A DNA stretch of 64,000 nt from Pseudomonadota bacterium. GTDB lineage: Bacteria; Pseudomonadota; Alphaproteobacteria; Rhodobacterales; Rhodobacteraceae. The position numbers and the translations under genes were made by a program. The notes under the pieces were generated by a model, which saw only the letters and a program-made list of their open reading frames with translations, had not been told where the DNA came from and ran no database searches. Of this stretch, positions 19,335 to 28,888 are shown piece by piece (the first letter of the stretch is position 1; the number at the start of each line of letters is the position of its first letter). The stretch covers positions 459,337-523,336 of the forward strand of contig JBCBVL010000003.1 in NCBI GenBank assembly GCA_039817595.1, given 5' to 3'.

Positions 19335-19832
19335 ATGGTTGCTGGAAATCGCCGAAAAAACGAAGAGCTTGAGGCGTTCGTTTCCAACAGGGAAAGTTTG
19401 ATTGCCTTGGCGACAAAACTGGTCGGGCAGCTTGATATCGCAGAAGATCTTGTTCAAGACACATGGTTGCGATGGTGCGCTAAAGAGTACAGCGCTCGAG
19501 ACGCCAAACCCATCCTACGCCGCATTGTGTCGAACCTCGCCTATGATTGGCACCGCCGCCAGAAAATCGAAAGAGACTACTATCCAGATCTAACTCTGCA
19601 TTCAGACGTCACAACAGACAGTGAAAGCGTCGTCATCGCACAAGACCAACTGGCGCGCGTTTCCAGGGAATTACTTAAAATGCAGAAATCGATGCGCGCG
19701 GCCTTGCTTTTGCATCGCGTCGACGGGTTGACCTACGTACAGATTGCAAAGCGCCTAAGCGTGGCGCCATCTACGGCGCATAAACTCGTGGAGGATGCTC
19801 TGGTACGATTGGTTGTGGCGCTCAGTGTATGA
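19335..19832 (+). CDS. ECF sigma factor (FecI-like)
   Basis: Region 2 is DLVQDTWLRW and region 4 is the HTH LLLHRVDGLTYVQIAKRLSVAPSTAHKLVEDAL. A FecR-like gene and an STN-domain receptor follow it. Confidence 0.9.
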   Translation: MVAGNRRKNEELEAFVSNRESLIALATKLVGQLDIAEDLVQDTWLRWCAKEYSARDAKPILRRIVSNLAYDWHRRQKIERDYYPDLTLHSDVTTDSESVVIAQDQLARVSRELLKMQKSMRAALLLHRVDGLTYVQIAKRLSVAPSTAHKLVEDALVRLVVALSV

Positions 19833-20796
19833 GGCTTCTTTTAAGGCTCCGAATTTTCGGACACTTGAACCGTTAATAGCTGAGAAACCTAAGCATGGAT
19901 GGCGTTTTGTGACCAAAAGCGAGGAAAATCTTGCGCGCGAAGCGGTTCGTATCCTGATGCGCTTGCGCGAAAACCCGAATGATCCAGACGCAAGCGCCGC
20001 GAAGGCGTTATTCATCGCTCGGGGGTCAAAAGAAAAAGAAGCCTGGAAAAAGGCAGAAGACGCTTGGTCTTTAACAGGGGTCAAAAAACTCAGAGGTCGC
20101 CAACTTCCTTCGATCATCATTGCCGCGTTTTTACTTCTTGGCCTTCTCGCGGCACGCGATCCGGTCTTCATCTGGTGGCACGCGGATGTGATCGCAAAGA
20201 CGGAAAGACGGGATATGCTCTTGTCTTCCGGTGATGCGATAGTCTTGGACGTTGGCTCTGCCATCGCAGATGACACTGACATGCCGCAGGTGCGGCGCGT
20301 CACATTGCTTTCAGGGGCTGCATTTTTTGATGTTGAGAAGAAAGTAAGATCATTCGAAGTTAACGTTGGTGATGTTTCCATTGACGTGATCGGAACAAGC
20401 TTTTCAGTTGAGAAGACCAGAGGCGCTGTAGAAGTCTCGGTCAAATCAGGTCGCGTTCGCGTCCGAAACGGGCCGGATTCCATCGAATTGACAGTAGGCC
20501 AGAGACTTCGGCTCACATCAGATGGAATACAGATAGATCAGATCGTACCCACACGCATCGCCCCCTGGCTCCGGGATCAGATGCTTATGGACGGCATGTT
20601 GCTGGCCGATGTCACAGACATCTTAGATCGGCGTCTTGCAGGTCCGATTATCCTGAGAAACGAGGCGTTGGCGCAAAGATTGGTATCAGGCGGCATCGAC
20701 CTTAGCGCACCTGAAGATGCGTTGCGCGCTTTGGCCCTCTCACAAGGAGCATCTGTTGTCCATGTCCCGGGACTTGGCACTTACATCCGACCTTAA
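19795..20796 (+). CDS. FecR-family anti-sigma / transmembrane sensor
   Basis: One central TM segment (LPSIIIAAFLLLGLLAA) and a periplasmic FecR domain (VTLLSGAAFFDVEKK...FEVNVGDVSIDVIGTSFSVEK...VSVKSGRVRV). The start is uncertain. The ATG at 19795 overlaps the sigma gene by 38 nt. Confidence 0.8.
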   Translation: MLWYDWLWRSVYEASFKAPNFRTLEPLIAEKPKHGWRFVTKSEENLAREAVRILMRLRENPNDPDASAAKALFIARGSKEKEAWKKAEDAWSLTGVKKLRGRQLPSIIIAAFLLLGLLAARDPVFIWWHADVIAKTERRDMLLSSGDAIVLDVGSAIADDTDMPQVRRVTLLSGAAFFDVEKKVRSFEVNVGDVSIDVIGTSFSVEKTRGAVEVSVKSGRVRVRNGPDSIELTVGQRLRLTSDGIQIDQIVPTRIAPWLRDQMLMDGMLLADVTDILDRRLAGPIILRNEALAQRLVSGGIDLSAPEDALRALALSQGASVVHVPGLGTYIRP

Positions 20797-20896
20797 GCTG
20801 AAAAACTCAGTCGGCTCTCGAATATTCTCTTGCGTCACCCGTTACAGAAATAGGAGGTCTGAATGGCTTCGTTTGATCCACGTTTGAGGCAATTCA

Positions 20897-23416
20897 ATGA
20901 AGCGGCTCACCTGTATTGTTGTCTATGGAATGGTTTTGGCCTTTGCAACCAAAGGCGACGCGTCAGAAGTCCAGGTCAATGCACAAGATCTTAGGTCTGC
21001 GTTGATTGAATTAAGCGCAGAAACCGGTTTGACGATTGTTGCGCCAGATCAGTTGATTGAAGGCAGGAAAAGCCCTGGCGCCTATGGTTCACCGCATGCC
21101 AATGAGGCGCTCAATTCAATTCTGCAAGGCACTGGTCTTCAGGCACGATTTCAAAACACGACTGCTGTGATTGTTTCGCAAGGAAACAATGACCCGTTCG
21201 ATTTAGGAACCATCACGATTGGCGCGGCCGCTTCGGCCAGCGAAGGTGTGTTTGACCTGTTTGAAGAGGAGCGTAGCATTCAGACATTGAATGCCGAGGA
21301 GCTTGAAAAACAAAATATCACCGATCTGGGTGACGCGCTTGAAAGAACCCCGAACGTGTTTGTGACGGGGCGTCGGGAGCCTATCGCGTTGCAGCTATCG
21401 GTGAGAGGCATAAGTAACCTTGGCGGGGGCTTTAGTGGGCCGACGGTGGGGCTCTTTTTAGACGGGGTTCTGCTCAATTCGGTTGTGGCTTTTGGAAATG
21501 CGAACCCGCCACTCTTCGATGTGGAAAGCGTGGATGTTTTCCTGGGCCCGCAGACCACCACCTTTAGCCGCATCACCACAGCAGGCGCTGTCAACGTGGT
21601 CACCAAAAAACCCACTGATAAGCTTGAGTTCTCGTTAGAAGGCGATATCGGTCGTTTTGATACCGGCTCTGATTTCGCTGGATCCACGACCTTGGTGGGC
21701 AATGTCCCGCTTTTGAAGGACGGGCGCCTCTCAGCACGGCTGGTTGTCTTTGAGACGCGCAATGATGGCTTTATCTCGACACGCGGGGGAGATTTGGTCG
21801 GTCGTCCCACCGATAAGATCAGCGATAAAAGCAGCAGTGTGCGCCTGAGCCTGCGCTCGCGTCCCCGCGAAGACCTAACCTTGGATTTTCAATTCACCTA
21901 TACCGAAGTCGAATACGACAGCATCTGGGGCTCGTTGACAAACCTCAACCTGCTGCAGCTTGGGCAATACGTTGCCTTTGTTGATCCGGCTGGCCCGGAG
22001 CGCGCTGATGATTATCTGGCTCGGTTCGAGGTGGCATACGACACCGACATTGGTACATTCAAGTCTATGACATCTTTTCGCGGCTCCTACACCGCGTCAG
22101 ATACTGACGCTGAGCTGGTACCGACGATTGATCTGTCCAATGCGGGCTTTAACCGTAACATTGACACGCTGAGCCAAGAATTCACCTACACTGGTCTGCC
22201 TCTTGAGATCGGGGCGTTACCCGGCGAGGTGACAATGAATGCCGGTCTTTCTGTGAGCTATACAGAAACTTTCGGTGCTCAGATAATTACGTTTGGGCCG
22301 GCGATCTCAAACCTGGTACCAGGCGTGACGCCCGAAGAATTCGGGGGCAGCTATGGATACTCTCGGCAAAGAGCGCTCAACACTGGTCTTTACGGGGACA
22401 TCGCATGGCGGCCTACACCACCGTTGGAACTGTCCGCGGGCTTGCGTTTCGCATATGACCGTTTCAAGTTTGAACGCGAGTCCGTTGGTGTCGGTCTGTC
22501 CAACCTCCTTGGGCTCGCTGAAGTTGCGCCTTTTGCCAGCGTTGAGACCGCGTTTACGGCCTTTTCGCCGCGCGTTGCCGTTAGCTATGATTGGTCAGAC
22601 ACACTGACGACCTATGCCTCCTATTCGGAAGGTCAGCGCCCTGGAGGGGTGTCATTGTTCTCCGACCCCACAGGACTGGCCGTTAACTTTTACGACAAAG
22701 AAATCACTCGTAATGTCGAACTTGGCGTCAGAAGTCTTTTCTATGACGGGCTTCTGGGGGTAAACGCTACGGCATTTTTCACCAAGATCGAAGATTTCCA
22801 ACTGCCAGTCGAGGTGATTTTTCCCGGCACTTTGATCCCTCCGCGAAGCCTTGTCGATAACGTGGGAGACGGCACCAGCTATGGCGCGGAACTTAACGTA
22901 ACAGCGGTGCCGTTAACCGGCCTCACCCTTCAAGCCAATGCAGGCGTCAATTTTACTGAGATTTCGGACTTCAACGGCATGCTTGTTGGCACCGATCCCA
23001 ATAATCCGCCCGCCATAGAGGGCAAGGCCTTCCCCAACGCGCCCGAGTTCACGCTCGCGCTCTCTGGCGAGTACGAGGATCCGCGGCCCTTATGGGGTAA
23101 ATTGCGTGGCTATGTTCGCGCAGATTATAGATTGAGCAGTGATTTTCTGGGTGGAATTACTGCCACCCGCGCGAGATTGGATGGCTTTCAGACGGTTGAT
23201 CTGCGGCTCGGGTTGCGCTCGGATCGTGTTTTCTTCGAAATTTTTGGAGAGAACATATTCAATGAGCGCTATGCGACGACGTCAAATTCGACCAACCCGC
23301 TTACCACAAGTATATTCCCATTTAGCGCAACTGGCCTGCCGCAGGCGGCCCTTGGTCCGGTTGGTGTTCCAGGCCCACCAAGACGCATTGGCATTCGCGC
23401 AAAAATCGAATTTTGA
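20897..23416 (+). CDS. TonB-dependent receptor/transducer with N-terminal STN signalling domain (FecA-like)
   Basis: A signal peptide is followed by the STN motif (VNAQDLRSALIELSAETGLTIVAPDQLIEGRKSPGAYGSPHANEALNSILQGTGLQARF), a plug, a barrel and the C-terminus ...IRAKIEF. GAGG lies 7 nt upstream of the ATG. Confidence 0.9.
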   Translation: MKRLTCIVVYGMVLAFATKGDASEVQVNAQDLRSALIELSAETGLTIVAPDQLIEGRKSPGAYGSPHANEALNSILQGTGLQARFQNTTAVIVSQGNNDPFDLGTITIGAAASASEGVFDLFEEERSIQTLNAEELEKQNITDLGDALERTPNVFVTGRREPIALQLSVRGISNLGGGFSGPTVGLFLDGVLLNSVVAFGNANPPLFDVESVDVFLGPQTTTFSRITTAGAVNVVTKKPTDKLEFSLEGDIGRFDTGSDFAGSTTLVGNVPLLKDGRLSARLVVFETRNDGFISTRGGDLVGRPTDKISDKSSSVRLSLRSRPREDLTLDFQFTYTEVEYDSIWGSLTNLNLLQLGQYVAFVDPAGPERADDYLARFEVAYDTDIGTFKSMTSFRGSYTASDTDAELVPTIDLSNAGFNRNIDTLSQEFTYTGLPLEIGALPGEVTMNAGLSVSYTETFGAQIITFGPAISNLVPGVTPEEFGGSYGYSRQRALNTGLYGDIAWRPTPPLELSAGLRFAYDRFKFERESVGVGLSNLLGLAEVAPFASVETAFTAFSPRVAVSYDWSDTLTTYASYSEGQRPGGVSLFSDPTGLAVNFYDKEITRNVELGVRSLFYDGLLGVNATAFFTKIEDFQLPVEVIFPGTLIPPRSLVDNVGDGTSYGAELNVTAVPLTGLTLQANAGVNFTEISDFNGMLVGTDPNNPPAIEGKAFPNAPEFTLALSGEYEDPRPLWGKLRGYVRADYRLSSDFLGGITATRARLDGFQTVDLRLGLRSDRVFFEIFGENIFNERYATTSNSTNPLTTSIFPFSATGLPQAALGPVGVPGPPRRIGIRAKIEF

Positions 23417-23744
23417 AAAGTGATGAAAGAAGCGGGCAAGGTTCAGACGGCCACGGTCGCCTTTGCACAAGCGTCCAATGTCATTGACGTCTCGATCACT
23501 CATGCAACGGATCACGTGTGCCGCATTCGAGATCGCACTTCGCTTCTGCTCCATCAAACCGAAAGCATGTTGTTGCAGGATACGGTCGAATTCGATGCCG
23601 AAACTGAAATTGGCCCATACCGCGCATCGCTGGGCTGCTCCCGCAGACTGGCGGTACGCGGCTTTACTACGAACAGCAAAGGAAGGGAAAAGTGCTACAC
23701 TAAGCCCGCTTCGGGCCAATCTTGCAGACATAAAAACCTAGGCC

Positions 23745-25982
23745 CTAAAACCGATGCAAGGCGAAGACACCGAACGTCCGCGGATCCCCCGGCACACCCG
23801 TTCCCGTGGCAGGGAAGCGGCTTACCAGATGATCATCGTCAAGCAGGTTGCGGACATACATGCCCAGGGTCAGCCCACTGTCCATCGTGTAATTGAGGTT
23901 GGCGTTGATTAGGAGAAACGCATCCGATTTCTCGGTCACCAGGTTGTTGGGATTGAGGAACGTCGCGTCGGTGAAGGACATGTCAACCCCAAGGCTCAGC
24001 CCGTTGTCCAACACGTATTGTCCCCCCAAGGACGCCGTCCATTCCGGCGCACCGGGAAAGCGGTTTCCCGAGAGATCATTGCCATTGTCTACGAAGTTTA
24101 GAAACTCCGTATGCACGTAGCCCACGGACCCATAAAGCGACAGCCGGCCGGTGGCCTGAAACGTAGCGGAGGCTTCCGCACCATAAAGCTCAGATTCCCC
24201 TGCATTGACGATGCGAGTGTCAAGAAATCCAAGCGTGATGTTCACCTGCTGATCCGTCCAGCGCGTGTAAAAGGCGTTGGCCGACAAATCGAGCCGGTTG
24301 TCCAGGAAACTGCCTCTGTAAGAGATCTCATAGTTGTTGGTGTATTCGGGATCGAAATTGAATTGCCCGCCCAAGGGCGAAATGCCCGATCCACCGGCGC
24401 GATAGCCGCGTTGCACCGTGAAACCAACGGTTTGATCAGATCCGAAATCATATCTCAGGCCCAACTTGGGCAAAAACGCCTGATAATCTGTGCGCGCGGC
24501 CTCAACACTGTTGGGTAAGGAATTCAGAAGAAGCGATACAAGCACAGGCGTGCCGGGTGGCGACGGCAGCGCACCATCCACAATCTGCTGCAAAACAGGG
24601 GCCTGGGGTGTAAAGGTGATGGTCTGATTGCGGAAATCGAACTCTTCGTAGTCATAGCGCGCGCCCGCGGTGGCGGTCAGGCCGGGGATCATCCAATCGA
24701 GCGGCACGTCAACCTCTCCGAAAAGCGCCATGTTGCGCGTTGTTGCGTCGCGGATGTTAGAGCCGTCAATCTGGATCGAATTGCCGCCAAAAAACTGGTT
24801 CTGAATGGCCACAACCTGGCTCAGGAACGGCTCCGGCAGGTTGCGCGTCAGCGGGTTAAACCCTCGGCCCTGGGTCAGCTCAGAGGCGTCTGAGAAGAAA
24901 ACGCCAACCACGCCACGAGACCAATCTGTGTCAAACCGCAGCCGCAGATCCTGTTCAAACCCATCATATTTGCCAACTTCGGTGGTAAATCCATTCATGG
25001 CCGGGGAACCGTCCGCATCCGTCAGCCGGTCGTATTTCACCGTGTAATAAGACGTCTCGCTTTCTAGCGTGAACACCTCATTGATGTTCCACGTGCCGCG
25101 CAGCCCCCAGATGCGCGTGCGCGCTCCGAACTCATTGGGCACATTGGACAGATTGAGCCGCTGCGCCGGAAATGTCGCGAGGTTTACGAAATCCGAGCCG
25201 GTCCGATTTTCCGCGTGGCTGTAGGACAAAACAAGATCAATGTCATCCGTCGCTGCCCAACGTAGAGCGGCGCGATAGCTTTCAAATTCCCGCGCGTCGG
25301 CATCGTCGATATTGCGCGTAGGATTAAAAAGATACCCGTCATTGCCGTGAAGATCGGCCGTGAAACGCAAGGCAAGTCGGTCTTCGACCAATTCGGTATT
25401 GCCCATGAAAGCAAAGCGATAAGCGTCAAAATTCCCAATATCCCCACGGATCGCGTATTCACTTCCAAAGATCGGGTCATTTGAGCGTGACACCACAGCA
25501 CCCGCCAAGGCATTGGCCCCCTGTTGCGTGGATTGCGGCCCGCGCAGGATCTCCACTTGGCCAAGATCCCAAGTGGACACCGGGTTGAGCCAACGCGCCC
25601 GCCCTGGCAGGGCCACGCCATTATACTGAATGGAGATCGTGCCCGATTGGGTGAACCCCGCAACACCGCTTTCCGAGATGCCCCGGATGGATATGCCATT
25701 ATTACCGTTGATGGCCGTGACATTGGCCGTGCGATTGTAAAGTTCAAAAAGCAAGGTTTCGCCTGTCGTTTCCAAAGCCTCGCCGGTGAACACCGCAACA
25801 GATGTCTGGCTTTCTTCCAGCGTCGTTTCTAAAAGCTGCCCTTCCAGAACAATCGTACCCAGATCGAAACTGTCACCGTCAGATGTTCCATCCTGTTGCG
25901 CCAAAACCGGCACGGCGAGTAAGGCCATGCAGAACAGAGCCGGAAATGTCAGAAAAAACTTGTAAAACTGTTGAAGTGCCAT
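23745..25982 (-). CDS. TonB-dependent receptor (no STN domain)
   Basis: Signal peptide MALQQFYKFFLTFPALFCMALLAVPVLAQ, a TonB-box-like FDLGTIVLEG, a plug (VEILRGPQSTQQGANALAGAV) and the C-terminus ...FALHRF. It is convergent with the FecA-like gene. Confidence 0.9.
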   Translation of the reverse strand: MALQQFYKFFLTFPALFCMALLAVPVLAQQDGTSDGDSFDLGTIVLEGQLLETTLEESQTSVAVFTGEALETTGETLLFELYNRTANVTAINGNNGISIRGISESGVAGFTQSGTISIQYNGVALPGRARWLNPVSTWDLGQVEILRGPQSTQQGANALAGAVVSRSNDPIFGSEYAIRGDIGNFDAYRFAFMGNTELVEDRLALRFTADLHGNDGYLFNPTRNIDDADAREFESYRAALRWAATDDIDLVLSYSHAENRTGSDFVNLATFPAQRLNLSNVPNEFGARTRIWGLRGTWNINEVFTLESETSYYTVKYDRLTDADGSPAMNGFTTEVGKYDGFEQDLRLRFDTDWSRGVVGVFFSDASELTQGRGFNPLTRNLPEPFLSQVVAIQNQFFGGNSIQIDGSNIRDATTRNMALFGEVDVPLDWMIPGLTATAGARYDYEEFDFRNQTITFTPQAPVLQQIVDGALPSPPGTPVLVSLLLNSLPNSVEAARTDYQAFLPKLGLRYDFGSDQTVGFTVQRGYRAGGSGISPLGGQFNFDPEYTNNYEISYRGSFLDNRLDLSANAFYTRWTDQQVNITLGFLDTRIVNAGESELYGAEASATFQATGRLSLYGSVGYVHTEFLNFVDNGNDLSGNRFPGAPEWTASLGGQYVLDNGLSLGVDMSFTDATFLNPNNLVTEKSDAFLLINANLNYTMDSGLTLGMYVRNLLDDDHLVSRFPATGTGVPGDPRTFGVFALHRF

Positions 25983-26009
25983 GGCGTAAAATTTGAACCA
26001 ATCGAAGCT

Positions 26010-26028
26010 AAGAATTATCCTGATTCTT
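26010..26028. promoter_or_regulatory. 19-bp AT-rich palindrome AAGAAT-N7-ATTCTT just upstream of the receptor at 23745..25982
   Basis: Read directly as aagaattatcctgattctt, 28-46 bp upstream of the ATG at 25982. A second palindrome, AAAATCAGATTTT, sits at 26037-26049. The 6-7-6 architecture recalls metalloregulator operators, but it does not match a consensus I can name with confidence. Confidence 0.3.
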
Positions 26029-26820
26029 TTACTCAGAAAATCAGATTTTTACCAAGGAAGTATAGGTTTTGGTTTAGTTCTTTTTTAAGCGTGCTCACGC
26101 TGACTAAAGGGCAAACACTGACTCCGGCGGCCATTAGTCATCAAAGAGCGGTTTTGGGCAGCACTTTGAAGATTTTTTTGTTCCGCGCATGACACGGCAA
26201 TTGAGCCGATTTTGTTCGGGATTTTGATCATTGCCGCCACGTGGGCCTCGGCTGTGGCTTAAGTGCGCGGATAAGAGCAAGACGCAAGAGCCCTTGTGTG
26301 TGAACTCAGACAGATCGCCTATGTCGGTTTTTCGGCTTCAAAATAAATCCGCTTCAGAGTGGCGGAGGTCGGCTCTCCGCCCATATGCTTATGGGTTGCC
26401 GCCGCAGCCTTTACCACTTTGGGCTCTGAACCGCCCTTAGCTGCATCATGCTTCAACGTCTGGTTTGGTCCGAACGGTCTGCCGAGAATGAGCGGCGTTT
26501 GTCGTTGGTAATTCCAAACAGGGGCGATGGATCAGTCGTAAGGTTTGGAAGCCATCTTTATAACTACAGTGGGCTTTTTTCCTCAATTTCGACTTTGCAG
26601 AAACAGCGGTACAACAATCGGTTTCGCGAGTTGCCGTTTGTTTTTCATGTACCCCCGGTGAGGTGTCGGTGCGTTTGCACAGCTTTTTATGTTGTATCCT
26701 ATCATTTTTTTTAATGCGACCGGTTCAGATTTCTCATCATTTCATTGCACTGCAATCAGGATCTCAAAACAGGTTTCTCAATCGACGCCGCTAGGTGTTG
26801 TGTTTGAAACGTTTTGTAAC

Positions 26821-27486
26821 TCACTTCCTCGTGTCACTTCGATGCTTTGCTTCTTCGTTGTCGAAGAAAGCGTGATTGTATGTGTCACTTTGCGTCTCCG
26901 GGAAACGGGCCGGTAAGCGGTAAGCAGTGTTCTCTCTCAAGAGGCTCAGCAATTGATCGGGACCCAAACCACGGTTGTTGGCAATCCACACCTTCCATGC
27001 CCCAACACTGCTGTAGTCGTTCTGATCAATGAGGTGATACTTTAGGGTTCTATTTGATACGCGCGCGCTATTTCTATGTTTCTTACCTTGGTTCTTATGG
27101 GGGATGACACGTGCGTCACTTTCAGCGTCACAAGATGTCACGTCGCCCGATGGCAATTTGTCATGCACCGTGTCATGTTCATTGCGAGGCAGTTCTATTA
27201 AGTAAGCTCTTCGGGCACCTCGGGTTCTTGTCCTTTTCAGGAAGCCAAGTTCTTCCAGCGTTCTGAGGTGGCGCTGAACTGTTCTAACGCTGTAGCACAG
27301 GACGTCTGCAAGAGTTTGGTTCTTAGGCCAACACATCCCAGTTGCTTTGTTGACGTAGCTGTCCGCAAGTATCACTGCCACTTGCTTCGCTCCGCGGTCT
27401 ATAATCGGGTTACCTAAGACAGCGTGCTTCCATTCAAATCTAAATTTTGCATACGGTTTTGGTGGGTTGCTTTCATGTGAGCTCAT
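26821..27486 (-). CDS. Winged-helix HTH protein of mobile-element type (replication/regulatory, function unknown)
   Basis: N-terminal motif GAKQVAVILADSYVNKATGMCWPKNQTLADVLCYSVRTVQRHLRTLEELGFLKRTR is typical of HTH proteins carried by prophage-like or integrative elements. It is translationally coupled to the AlpA-like ORF. Confidence 0.6.
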   Translation of the reverse strand: MSSHESNPPKPYAKFRFEWKHAVLGNPIIDRGAKQVAVILADSYVNKATGMCWPKNQTLADVLCYSVRTVQRHLRTLEELGFLKRTRTRGARRAYLIELPRNEHDTVHDKLPSGDVTSCDAESDARVIPHKNQGKKHRNSARVSNRTLKYHLIDQNDYSSVGAWKVWIANNRGLGPDQLLSLLRENTAYRLPARFPETQSDTYNHAFFDNEEAKHRSDTRK

Positions 27487-27683
27487 CGGAAGCTCTCCAG
27501 GCTTGCTTGTTCCTCAATCCAGTCGCGAACATCTTGAACGCGATACCGGATCAATCGGCCAACACGGATCAAACGAGGACCTTCTCCTCGCTTGTACGCA
27601 TCTGCCAAAAAGCGTTGCCCTATACCAAATCGATCTTGTACTTCTGCTCGACTTATCAAGCGTTCACTATCGTCGTGTTTAAT
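27483..27683 (-). CDS. AlpA/excisionase-family small DNA-binding protein (non-canonical start)
   Basis: Hand translation gives (ATT)KHDDSERLISRAEVQDRFGIGQRFLADAYKRGEGPRLIRVGRLIRYRVQDVRDWIEEQASLESFR*. The pattern matches AlpA/Xis-type MerR-like HTH proteins. The stop overlaps the ATG of the next gene (ATGA). The open frame has no ATG or GTG. GAGG lies 7 nt before an in-frame ATT (27683), and an in-frame TTG is at 27659. Confidence 0.55.
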   Translation of the reverse strand: MKHDDSERLISRAEVQDRFGIGQRFLADAYKRGEGPRLIRVGRLIRYRVQDVRDWIEEQASLESFR

Positions 27684-27689
27684 TTGGTT

Positions 27690-27719
27690 ACCTCAAAGTT
27701 TTTGATTGTACTTTGAGGT
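27690..27719. promoter_or_regulatory. Perfect 10-bp inverted repeat ACCTCAAAGT-N10-ACTTTGAGGT (hairpin/operator) between orf370 and the AlpA-like ORF
   Basis: Read directly at 27690-27699 and 27710-27719. On the minus strand the 3-prime arm supplies the GAGG Shine-Dalgarno of the AlpA-like ORF. Confidence 0.4.
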
Positions 27720-27775
27720 TCGCCTAGTGCTGGGCAAACTGCACCAACGAATAAACACGAATAAACACGGCTAAT

Positions 27776-28888
27776 TTAAGACGTTGATTTATCGAGTTTA
27801 CTGATGTCTTCACTGACGCGCCGCAGGGTGTTGTCCAAGTCGTATCCGCGTGGAAGAGGTGTTTCTATTTCCTCGATAGCTCGACGGGCAGCGGCAGCAT
27901 AAGTCGGGACTTGACCACTGCGAAAGAGAAAGAGGCCTCTCTGCGCTAAAGCAGTATCTTCATGATAGAACTTTGCTCCAATCCGCCGACCTGGCCCTTT
28001 ATTTTCGTTTGGCGGCCTATGGTTCCGTGCCTCGAGTTCCAAAGGAATGCTCTCTTGATCGATCATGCCTCGAATGATCGGGTGATCAGCGCCAATCAAG
28101 TGCCATTTATCTTGATCGGGGTAGGGCAAGTGAGGCTGATAGTTTAGCGTATCAACGTGCTCTTCGGCTTCACCCAACCCTTCAAGAAACGTCGCACGAT
28201 CGATCTGATAGCTGCCTTTCCTGTCGAATCCAGCTCTTGGCGGGAGAAGGCCAAAATTTCCTATGTCGCCCGGGACAAAACAGAGCCACAGTCCTCGCTC
28301 ATGCCCGGCCTGCAGCTCAGACCAAAGCATTTGTCTTATCTGATACTTTGCCATCGCATAAGGCTTCAACACTTTCGCGAGGTAGTTGGGCGCCACGTGC
28401 TCTCGGTCAACAAATGGAAGGTCGGGTGCCAGTAGCGTCGCTGCAAAGAGGTCATCAGAATTTAAGCGCTCTTCCTGATATGTACGGCCGATCGCTACAT
28501 CTTCATCTAGGTCGCGCCATCGTTTGAACAGGTTTGCGCATCTGTCTTCGTATCTTGATGCCGCCACGCTGACGTTCCTGCCCCTGTTTGGATTGCACAA
28601 TGACTGCAATCCAAAACGCCAGTCTATTCCTGCATCATCGTAGCCGAACTGGAGTTTTCCTTGCGGACATAGCAGGTCTGCGACCCGCGCCATGTCAGCC
28701 AGATCGACCTTGGAATATGCGTCGACGTCGAAAGGTTCTGCATTTACGATTTCGGCGTACGGGCCTAAGGAAATGTCTGCGCTTTGCACTTCCAATAGTT
28801 CCGGATGCTCGCCGGGCAATTTGTCAATTTCAAGTGTCACGACCTTCGATTTACCTCTTCGGTTCAACCTGAATGAATGTTTTTGCAA
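27776..28888 (-). CDS. Hypothetical protein (370 aa), integrase-linked orphan
   Basis: Long ORF with no motif I recognise. Its TTG start at 28888 overlaps the integrase 3-prime end (28864) by 25 nt. A decayed paralogue occurs at 49617-50190 next to the second integrase remnant. Confidence 0.6.
   Translation of the reverse strand: MQKHSFRLNRRGKSKVVTLEIDKLPGEHPELLEVQSADISLGPYAEIVNAEPFDVDAYSKVDLADMARVADLLCPQGKLQFGYDDAGIDWRFGLQSLCNPNRGRNVSVAASRYEDRCANLFKRWRDLDEDVAIGRTYQEERLNSDDLFAATLLAPDLPFVDREHVAPNYLAKVLKPYAMAKYQIRQMLWSELQAGHERGLWLCFVPGDIGNFGLLPPRAGFDRKGSYQIDRATFLEGLGEAEEHVDTLNYQPHLPYPDQDKWHLIGADHPIIRGMIDQESIPLELEARNHRPPNENKGPGRRIGAKFYHEDTALAQRGLFLFRSGQVPTYAAAARRAIEEIETPLPRGYDLDNTLRRVSEDISKLDKSTS

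Noticed and set aside
20863-20994. 43-codon ORF with a strong AGGAGG-N5-ATG signal overlapping the start of the FecA-like receptor in another frame
   Set aside because: It is out of frame with, and mostly inside, the receptor gene. The product (MASFDPRLRQFNEAAHLYCCLWNGFGLCNQRRRV...) has no recognisable features. The receptor has its own GAGG-N7-ATG. It might be a leader peptide but is unsupported.
26200-26820. Short minus-strand frames in the left island edge, for example ..ILGRPFGPNQTLKHDAAKGGSEPKVVKAAAATHKHMGGEPTSATLKRIYFEAEKPT*
   Set aside because: There is no start codon with a ribosome-binding site for the long version and no recognisable family. It could be a gene fragment but cannot be supported as a feature.
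27748-27769. Tandem duplication CGAATAAACA x2 downstream of orf370
   Set aside because: It has only two copies of a 10-mer and no further periodicity. It is most simply a slippage duplication in non-coding DNA.
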